From IMG/VR virus record IMGVR_UViG_3300044960_000121, positions 1 to 42,893 of that record: a DNA stretch of 42,893 bases; one strand, given 5' to 3'. Shown here in pieces: positions 36,376 to 42,893 of the stretch (its first letter is position 1; each line of letters opens with the position of its first letter). The position numbers and the translations under genes were made by a program. The notes beneath the pieces were generated by a model. That model was not told the DNA's origin. It ran no database searches and saw only the letters and a list, made by a program, of their open reading frames with translations. Source of the DNA: a virus. Its lineage: Duplodnaviria > Caudoviricetes.

Positions 36376-38436
36376 ATGAAAAAATTTTTATTTTTGTTTG
36401 CTTTAATTTTTTTGTTAGGCTTGCAAAGCCATGAGACACAAGACTTTCCCGCTTTTGTCAATTTGTTAAAAAATTCAGGCTTTGAAAATGGATTGACAAA
36501 ATGGAATAAAACAGGTAGCGCAACAATAGCATTAACATCTCAAGCATTAATAGGAAAATCCGCATTAATTTTTAACTCAACAGCAATTAACGAAACATTA
36601 TACCAAACTATCACAATTCCAAGCTCATTAAACTATCAATCGTGTAGCGCAACAATCTATTACAGATACTCAAGCGGCAATGACGGAGACTATAGGCTAG
36701 AAATCCTTGCTGGAAGCCTATCACAAGGCTATGTAGATTTATTAAAAGGCGATGAGTGGAAAGCCGCAAACATTGCTTTCATATGCTCAACTAGTCAAAC
36801 GTATACGATGAGAGTTATATCAACTACGGACGGAGGAGATTTATTTTTAGATGCGGCTTATTTTGGAATAAATAATAAATTAACAGTTAGGGGGCAGGAT
36901 ACAAATGTACTTGTTCGAGCAAAGACAGGCATATTGCCTTCAGACACCACATTTTTTGCAAAAGACACAGAGCAAGCTTTTGCATTTAATACGTCTGGTT
37001 CAGTTATATATTATAATAATTACAATGTGTTAAATATCAGTAATGGAGTTTTTACTGCGCCAAAACAAGGGGTATACTTACTGAGCCTGCAATACGAAAT
37101 AAATGGAGTTAGCACAGCATACTACATCAAGGAGATCAGACTGAATGTATATATTAATAGCGCATTATACAAAAAGTGTAGTGGGTTTAGACACCAAACA
37201 GACGCAACAGTGTGGGCAAGGACATACACAGATAATTGTACAATAAATTTGCTTTTAAATCAAAATGATACGGTTCAATTTAAAGTTTACGTTGATGAGC
37301 ACTCTAGCAACAATCAATGGCAAATACTCCCCTCAACAATTGAAATTAGCTTGTTAAAATCAGAAATAGAACTAAATCAAGTCGTAGAGCTTGCGGCTCA
37401 AGAGTTTCAAATAGTGTCAAGAGTTTATACATCAGACACTACAAATTTATTGTTATCAACTAGTGACGTAAGCTTTACATTTCCGACAGTGAATGTAGGA
37501 CAAATTCAAAATGCAAATATGGTTTTAGAAAATATTTATGGCAATGCCGAAATCACTTGTGCTTCAGGCGTTTCAAGCGGTACTACTTGTCCAACAAGTA
37601 ATGAAGAGCTAGGCATAGCTTTTAACATAACGAAAACGGGATATTACGAGGTATGCATGAGCGGCACAGACTTTGCTTATGTTAATAACACTGCTGGGTA
37701 TATCAGAGTAAGCTTTCATCTGTTTGAAAGTCCTAATGATCAAAGGGTTTACATTTCTGGAGGAAAAAACCCAGAAAATCACGGGTTTGAAAGTCAAATT
37801 TTAGCAAATAGAATGCCTTTCAAAGTTTGTGAAGTTTTTAATTTTAATTCAATTGGCAAAAAAACTATTAGAACAATCTACAAACAGCAAGCAAACTATG
37901 TAGTAAGCAATCAACATTTTTTGCTTGCTAGCGGCGATAGTGCAGGCATTGCAAATTATATTGTTTTTACAGTTAGACCAATATCAGAAAGAACACCGCA
38001 AGCCGTTGCAATAAATTCTTTAGATGTTATCAACATGACACCAAAAGGGGCTACGGATGTAGGACGCTACAATTATATTGTGGGGCAAACATACAACGCT
38101 AGCACAATTACAATTAGCGGCACTAACTACTCTAGTACTGTTAGAGGGGTACTAACTCCATACCTAACTAATGACGGCACATATAGGCTTAAAGGCAATG
38201 CAACAATTAATTTTAGTTCATCAACAACATCAGGTACATTAAGCATTTCAGGCATTACAACAAAAAATATAACAGGCTATAATCAGCCTTGCACAATCAG
38301 ATCAACAACAGTAACAGGATCATGTTACTTTTCTCCTAATAGTGGTACTCTAAATTTTACATTGTCAGCAGGCGCTACTTCCGCAATTTTTGACTTTGAT
38401 ATTGAATTAGAAACTAAACCCGCATGGAGCTACTAA
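36376..38436 (+). CDS. Receptor-binding-like protein (CBM-like plus C1q-like beta domains) with a signal-peptide-like N-terminus
   Basis: MKKFLFLFALIFLLG; NLLKNSGFE.G...W; GVFTAP..GVY...L. Confidence 0.6.
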   Translation: MKKFLFLFALIFLLGLQSHETQDFPAFVNLLKNSGFENGLTKWNKTGSATIALTSQALIGKSALIFNSTAINETLYQTITIPSSLNYQSCSATIYYRYSSGNDGDYRLEILAGSLSQGYVDLLKGDEWKAANIAFICSTSQTYTMRVISTTDGGDLFLDAAYFGINNKLTVRGQDTNVLVRAKTGILPSDTTFFAKDTEQAFAFNTSGSVIYYNNYNVLNISNGVFTAPKQGVYLLSLQYEINGVSTAYYIKEIRLNVYINSALYKKCSGFRHQTDATVWARTYTDNCTINLLLNQNDTVQFKVYVDEHSSNNQWQILPSTIEISLLKSEIELNQVVELAAQEFQIVSRVYTSDTTNLLLSTSDVSFTFPTVNVGQIQNANMVLENIYGNAEITCASGVSSGTTCPTSNEELGIAFNITKTGYYEVCMSGTDFAYVNNTAGYIRVSFHLFESPNDQRVYISGGKNPENHGFESQILANRMPFKVCEVFNFNSIGKKTIRTIYKQQANYVVSNQHFLLASGDSAGIANYIVFTVRPISERTPQAVAINSLDVINMTPKGATDVGRYNYIVGQTYNASTITISGTNYSSTVRGVLTPYLTNDGTYRLKGNATINFSSSTTSGTLSISGITTKNITGYNQPCTIRSTTVTGSCYFSPNSGTLNFTLSAGATSAIFDFDIELETKPAWSY

Positions 38437-39368
38437 TGAGTAGAAAAATCATAATTGCCTTAAATGCCTTGCTGCTATTGGCTTGTGAGCGATATACTGC
38501 TCAAGATGTTAATAGAGTAGAACAATTAAAAGAAAAAAGAAAACTCTACTGCGAATTATCAAAAGATTTTTATTTAAAAAATAAATTTGTAAACAATAAA
38601 TGCGATGGGCTATTGTGGACTGCATTGCATGGCATAGGATGCGATTATATCACTTCATTAGATGATTTTAAAAATGAAGAAAATAGATGGTTTCGCTCAC
38701 CAACGCATGACTGCTTTAAAAACGGCTCAGATTCAAGCATATCAAAGGATATGTTTGCGGGATTAATTTTATATTCTTTGTATTATGATAGAAAAGATTA
38801 TATTCAATCAATTGTAGATTACGGCGAAAAACACAATTGGATAATGGGCGAAGCAATTGATACACCTACATTGATATCAAAGTGCATTCTGCCACCTTCA
38901 ACGATTTTATTATTATACCATTATTTAGGCAAAATAAAATTTAAACTTAATTCCGATTACGAAATTGAAGATGAAGATGTTAGCGGAATTGCTATCAATG
39001 TAGGCTATGGGGCTCATCTAGATATGCTACGCATTTTGCGAAAATATTTAGTGTATAAATCAATTGGTGCTTGGGATATGTATGTGTTAGAGGAGCAAGC
39101 AAAACGTCAACCTCTAAATGCCTTGTATCAAGCGGTTTATCACATGTTCAAAGATGGAGATATGAGCTTGCCGCAAAAATTATTATTGTCAGATAAGTAC
39201 TTCCCTAACGATAGATTGCCAACAAGCAATGAATATTGCACATGGTACTTGTATCAAAGAGATGCAGAGACAGATGATTGGCTACCTTGTCCACATGAGG
39301 GGCACACACATAGCGGTACAGATTTCATTTTTGCGGCTACTGTTACTTTAGGGGAATTAAAAAAATGA
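38436..39368 (+). CDS. Predicted lipoprotein
   Basis: MSRKIIIALNALLLLA-C lipobox; helical, Cys-containing body. Confidence 0.6.
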   Translation: MSRKIIIALNALLLLACERYTAQDVNRVEQLKEKRKLYCELSKDFYLKNKFVNNKCDGLLWTALHGIGCDYITSLDDFKNEENRWFRSPTHDCFKNGSDSSISKDMFAGLILYSLYYDRKDYIQSIVDYGEKHNWIMGEAIDTPTLISKCILPPSTILLLYHYLGKIKFKLNSDYEIEDEDVSGIAINVGYGAHLDMLRILRKYLVYKSIGAWDMYVLEEQAKRQPLNALYQAVYHMFKDGDMSLPQKLLLSDKYFPNDRLPTSNEYCTWYLYQRDAETDDWLPCPHEGHTHSGTDFIFAATVTLGELKK

Positions 39369-39616
39369 ATGATATTTATATCACAATATTAAACACAGTG
39401 TTAACCTTTGGAATGGGGCTTGTGGCTTGGCTTTTGCAAGGTAGCGTTAGCAAGTTAAATAAGCTAGCTATTGAGGTAGCCGTAATAAAATCAATGATTG
39501 AGACAATAAAAGAAGATCATGAAAATTTAATAATCATAAATGAAAAACTCAAAAAGCATGAGGCGGATATTAAAGCCGCACATGATAAACTAAGACAATT
39601 AAAAAAGGAGGATTAA
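39365..39616 (+). CDS. Holin-like membrane protein
   Basis: One N-terminal TM helix plus coiled coil, near the endolysin. Confidence 0.45.
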   Translation: MNDIYITILNTVLTFGMGLVAWLLQGSVSKLNKLAIEVAVIKSMIETIKEDHENLIIINEKLKKHEADIKAAHDKLRQLKKED

Positions 39617-39618
39617 AC

Positions 39619-39894
39619 ATGCCATTAAAAGAGACAATGGAGATTTTAGATTATGCAAACGCTATCGTTGATCAAATTGAAAATGCTTATTCTGATGGGG
39701 TTATAACAACAACAGAAGTTATTAGAGGCATAATAGCCACAATGCCGCAAGGAGTAAGGGCTTTGGCGGGAGTAAATAAAGTTTATGATGAAATTCAAAA
39801 AGCAACTGAAGCGGAAAAAGAACAAATAATAAGAGAGCTGTTAGAGGTTTTATTTAGACTTGTTACTACATTCATACCAAAAAAAGAAGACTAA
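39619..39894 (+). CDS. Hypothetical protein
   Basis: AAGGAGG RBS; 91 aa, helical. Confidence 0.65.
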   Translation: MPLKETMEILDYANAIVDQIENAYSDGVITTTEVIRGIIATMPQGVRALAGVNKVYDEIQKATEAEKEQIIRELLEVLFRLVTTFIPKKED

Positions 39895-39897
39895 AAA

Positions 39898-40074
39898 ATG
39901 AATTATTTAAAATTTATTTTTTATATTCTTTTAATTGCAAAAGAGCTTTTAAAATTAATTAAAGAGTACAAAGAAGAAAATTTAAAAACTGCGAAAGGAC
40001 TACATGCGAAACTTAAAAGAGCTGTTAAAAATAAAAATACTAATTTTATTGATGAGCTTATTAACAAGCTGTAG
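39898..40074 (+). CDS. Candidate inner-membrane spanin (58 aa), absent from the ORF track
   Basis: MNYLKFIFYILLIAKELLKLIKEYKEENL...; hydrophobic N-terminus plus basic helix; overlaps the lipoprotein gene. Confidence 0.5.
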   Translation: MNYLKFIFYILLIAKELLKLIKEYKEENLKTAKGLHAKLKRAVKNKNTNFIDELINKL

Positions 40075-40273
40075 CCATACAAAAGACAAAAAACAATTAA
40101 ATTCTTTTATTGGCTGCAGTGAAAAAAATGGAATTTGCAGAAATGATATTGTGATACAATGCGGCGATAAAAAGATTGATTCCTTTGTGTGTATTGATGC
40201 TCAAGGCTTTGAGGACTTACTTAATAGATGCTATGAAAACAAAAATTGGGTTAAAAGATGTTTGAGCTTTTAA
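40004..40273 (+). CDS. Lipoprotein, candidate outer-membrane spanin
   Basis: AAAGGA RBS; LLTS-C lipobox; begins in the +1 frame inside the previous ORF. Confidence 0.6.
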   Translation: MRNLKELLKIKILILLMSLLTSCSHTKDKKQLNSFIGCSEKNGICRNDIVIQCGDKKIDSFVCIDAQGFEDLLNRCYENKNWVKRCLSF

Positions 40274-40731
40274 TTTGTGAAAAATCTGAACAGTATAACG
40301 TTGATAAAAATTTGATTAAAGCAATAATCAAAGTAGAGAGTGCATTTAACCCTTTGGCTATTAGGTATGAGCCTAATTTTTTATATTTTGTAGATGTGGA
40401 AAAATTTGCTAAAAAAAATAATATATCAATTGCAACAGAAGGAATTTTACAAAAATGTAGCTATGGACTAATGCAATTAATGGGAGCTACAGCTAGATCT
40501 TTAGGTTTTGAAGACACATTAATAAAACTTTTTGATCCTAATTTAAATCTAGATTGGGGCTTAAGTTTTTTATCAAAACTTTTAAAAAAGTATGATAGCA
40601 TTGAGGATGTGATAGCCTCTTATAATGCAGGCGTAGCAAGGCGTAGAGAGGGGAGATATGTTAATCAATCATATGTTGACAAAGTGATGAAGGCATACAA
40701 TGGCTTTTGCTCAACCAAAAATAATAGCTAG
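40258..40731 (+). CDS. SLT-family lytic transglycosylase endolysin
   Basis: AIIKVESAFNP.A, SYGLMQ, ASYNAG, YV.KV. Confidence 0.9.
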   Translation: MFELLICEKSEQYNVDKNLIKAIIKVESAFNPLAIRYEPNFLYFVDVEKFAKKNNISIATEGILQKCSYGLMQLMGATARSLGFEDTLIKLFDPNLNLDWGLSFLSKLLKKYDSIEDVIASYNAGVARRREGRYVNQSYVDKVMKAYNGFCSTKNNS

Positions 40732-41062
40732 CACATTTGTTGGTGAGCCAAAAATTTTATCATATAAAAATTTTTTGGCGGGAGGGGAACATACAATTTT
40801 TTTGTACACAGTACCGCCTTTAAAAAAAAATTATATTTATAACATTGTTGTAAATTCTGTTTTTTCAAGCTATATTGAGTGTTTACATAATGATAATTTG
40901 ATTAATAGCGGTAGGACTAATGCCGCAAACTCTACCGCATACTTAAGTTTTAATCCGCAATATCCGATTAACGAAAATGAAACACTTAAAATAAAGTGTT
41001 TTATTCGAAACGGTGCACCGTTATCTTTGGTTTCTGCTCATATTTTTTTAACTGAACTTTAA
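40700..41062 (+). CDS. Hypothetical beta-rich protein
   Basis: 120 aa; LYTVP motif; operon context. Confidence 0.55.
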   Translation: MAFAQPKIIASTFVGEPKILSYKNFLAGGEHTIFLYTVPPLKKNYIYNIVVNSVFSSYIECLHNDNLINSGRTNAANSTAYLSFNPQYPINENETLKIKCFIRNGAPLSLVSAHIFLTEL

Positions 41063-41082
41063 AAAACAAGGAGGTAAAAAAC

Positions 41083-41637
41083 ATGTCAGATTTAAGAGAG
41101 CTTTTTCCAATTTTAGAGGATAGCCTTACACAGGAAGGTAAAGGCTGGACATCGGTGTCAGAAAATTTTACAGCCTCACAAGCCAATGCTGGTGCGGTTT
41201 TGGCGGTAAAAGATGAAAGCGGTAAATTGCAGTATATACCAATGGTAGATGGTAAGATCCCAGTTACTTTTGAGAGCGCTGACATTGTTTATAAGTATGC
41301 TAGAGGCGGACATGCAGGCGATAAAAACAATTATCAAGTTTTAGCTACGATCAATTTAATAAATAACAAAGCCTACACAGGACTAGAATGGGTAGTGTCA
41401 TGCTATAGAGACACACATTTTGAGATTGTAAAAATTGATGATAGTACAGGAACACCTGTAGAGACAGTGCTAGCAGATATTTTAACATCCGCAGGATGCG
41501 TAACTCATGCAGGCGGTTTAAAAAATTTGAAATTTGTTGCGGGGGCAACAGGCACATGCATACTTGTTGTTAGAGCAAAAAATTTCGGTGTTGCCTCACA
41601 AATGAGAGCTACTATATCAATCATTGAAAATCAATAG
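41083..41637 (+). CDS. Hypothetical protein, probably structural
   Basis: AAGGAGGT RBS; 184 aa, beta-rich. Confidence 0.65.
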   Translation: MSDLRELFPILEDSLTQEGKGWTSVSENFTASQANAGAVLAVKDESGKLQYIPMVDGKIPVTFESADIVYKYARGGHAGDKNNYQVLATINLINNKAYTGLEWVVSCYRDTHFEIVKIDDSTGTPVETVLADILTSAGCVTHAGGLKNLKFVAGATGTCILVVRAKNFGVASQMRATISIIENQ

Positions 41638-41652
41638 TGTGCTTGTTATAAT
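41624..41652 (+). promoter_or_regulatory. Strong sigma70-like promoter
   Basis: TTGAAA-N17-TATAAT with extended TG. Confidence 0.65.
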
Positions 41653-41658
41653 TAATAT

Positions 41659-41738
41659 TGCTTGTGAGCTTTTGGTTTTTGTTTCCCCCTTTTGTGTAAT
41701 ACGCTCCGCTCAAGATGAGCGGGGCGTCCATATTTTTT
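41659..41738 (+). ncRNA. Candidate anti-SD small RNA (about 80 nt)
   Basis: Lies between the promoter and a GC-rich hairpin with U tract; U/C-rich core UUUUUGUUUCCCCCUUUUGUG. Confidence 0.4.
41701..41738 (+). terminator. Rho-independent terminator-like hairpin
   Basis: ACGCTCCGCTCA-AGA-TGAGCGGGGCGT, then ccata and T7. Confidence 0.65.
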
Positions 41739-41750
41739 TGTGAGATTTTT

Positions 41751-42344
41751 ATGAGATATTTTTTTATCATTTTTTTGCTTTTAAGTTTTAATTTAATGGC
41801 TCAGGATGTTGAGCCATTACTGAATGTTTTTGTTACTAACCCCAAAAGCCTTGTCTATCAAGGCTTTCAAAAGAAGATAATTTTAGATTATCTAAAAGAT
41901 GCTAGTGGCTCAATTGATATGAATGTTGACGGCAGAAACCCAAACAAAAGCTTTAAATTTAATTGTAACCAAAATGATGATATATATATAACATCATTAA
42001 GATTGTATGCTAAAAGGGATAGCATTACTTTGCTAAACTTTTTGGGCGTTGCAAAATTAACAAATGGCTTAAATGTTAACATTAAAACAAATGCAAATTT
42101 AATAAACTTTGCAACATTAAAAGAGACAAAAGATATAATGCTTTTTTTATCTAACCCATTATCAGATTTTAATTTGATTGATGGGGCTGATGATATTGTA
42201 ATATCAAATTACAATTTTTTTAATCCAATAAAAATTCGAAAATGCGAAATATCAAACAATGATTACATTGAATTTGTAATTAGAGATGATTTAAGGGGGA
42301 TAAAAGAATTTTTTGCTTTTGTAATTGGTTTTACAATTGATTAG
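41751..42344 (+). CDS. Hypothetical protein with a signal peptide
   Basis: MRYFFIIFLLLSFNLMA-Q; the track start 41715 lies inside the hairpin. Confidence 0.65.
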   Translation: MRYFFIIFLLLSFNLMAQDVEPLLNVFVTNPKSLVYQGFQKKIILDYLKDASGSIDMNVDGRNPNKSFKFNCNQNDDIYITSLRLYAKRDSITLLNFLGVAKLTNGLNVNIKTNANLINFATLKETKDIMLFLSNPLSDFNLIDGADDIVISNYNFFNPIKIRKCEISNNDYIEFVIRDDLRGIKEFFAFVIGFTID

Positions 42345-42352
42345 GTGAGAGT

Positions 42353-42893
42353 ATGGTAATACAACAATATCAAACAACAAATGAGGGACTGCCATATATC
42401 GGTGTTAATCGTGTCCCTTTAGGCTTTGCGTATTATGTTACTTCGGTAGCCGATAATATTGCAAGCGGCACATACGGCAATGGAGTATCATTAGAGTTAA
42501 CACAACAAAATAATGTTGTAGATTTTCAATTATTGCAACATTGGTATATTGTTGGCGCAAGCGGTACGTTTTATAATTGCACAAAAGACGACAAATTAGA
42601 CGCTTATCTCATAGCTCCGAAAACCCTTGCTACTCAAGGCGTTTACGGCAATTATGTAAAGTATAATGTTGCACAAGGCATAAACATGTATGTGCCTGTA
42701 CAACAGGGATCAGGCGATTGGCATTTAGATTTAAATGAAAAACTACCAAACACAAACATCTTAAAATGTGTGCCTGTCCCCGCAAAAAATGATAATGGAT
42801 TTTTTGATTATGATTTTGAAAGTAATACTCTACAAGTTAATTTAAATAAAAATGGAAAATTTAATCTTTTTGATTGTGATTTAATGCTTTTTC
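42353..42893 (+). CDS. 5' part of the 239-aa hypothetical protein continuing to 337
   Basis: AGGTGA RBS, ATG 42353, MVIQQYQTTNEGLPYIG...; open to the window end. Confidence 0.8.
   Translation, partial: MVIQQYQTTNEGLPYIGVNRVPLGFAYYVTSVADNIASGTYGNGVSLELTQQNNVVDFQLLQHWYIVGASGTFYNCTKDDKLDAYLIAPKTLATQGVYGNYVKYNVAQGINMYVPVQQGSGDWHLDLNEKLPNTNILKCVPVPAKNDNGFFDYDFESNTLQVNLNKNGKFNLFDCDLMLF
42736..42893. repeat. Terminal direct repeat, right copy
   Basis: Matches 1-158 with one mismatch. Confidence 0.95.

Noticed and set aside
35284-38436. Diversity-generating retroelement or invertible tail-fibre cassette
   Set aside because: No reverse transcriptase or invertase, and no template/variable repeat pair seen
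14731-42082. Short antisense or nested ORFs in the late region (for example 28638-29078, 17887-18201, 18840-19082)
   Set aside because: They overlap well-supported genes and show no RBS or recognisable motifs
530-42643. Dispersed palindromes as terminators or REP/MITE elements
   Set aside because: Most lie in frame inside essential genes, arm mismatches are not compensatory, and I saw no target duplications
42736-42893. Biological direct terminal repeat
   Set aside because: It falls mid-gene with the frame continuous across the junction, typical of assembly overlap of a circular or permuted genome
1-42893. Apparent excess of GCGG/CCGC and scarcity of CCGG
   Set aside because: Impression only; needs k-mer counts against a codon-aware null, which I cannot run
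1-42893. tRNA genes or stop-codon recoding
   Set aside because: No cloverleaf noticed, and standard-code ORFs tile the genome densely with all three stops used

Overview
The window is an apparently complete, circularly assembled genome (about 42.7 kb, AT-rich; bases 1-158 repeat at 42736-42893) of a contractile-tailed dsDNA phage. The host is probably Gram-negative and flagellated, inferred from a spanin-like pair, lipoproteins and sigma28/sigma54/IHF-like sites. Layout: a leftward accessory and recombination block (1909-7194), a rightward exonuclease/primase/helicase block (7320-11378), two leftward EcoRI-family adenine methyltransferases, an AT-rich ori-like region, and a long rightward packaging/head/tail/baseplate/lysis operon that wraps through the contig end. 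I recognise no integrase, tRNA or CRISPR array. Most striking features: (1) about 35-40 degenerate copies of the palindrome AAAGCCTTG-N5-CAAGGCTTT spread across the genome, mostly inside genes; (2) a 1045-aa head-module protein joining a nucleotidyltransferase-like domain, a SAM methyltransferase, an ATP-dependent DNA ligase and a LigD-like 3'-phosphoesterase to the prohead protease, with K-S/K-A linkers; (3) a three-paralog cassette under a near-perfect sigma28 promoter, flanked by sigma54-like boxes, IHF-like sites and a parS-like palindrome; (4) two candidate anti-Shine-Dalgarno small RNAs. All protein calls come from motifs read by eye plus gene order, not from database searches.
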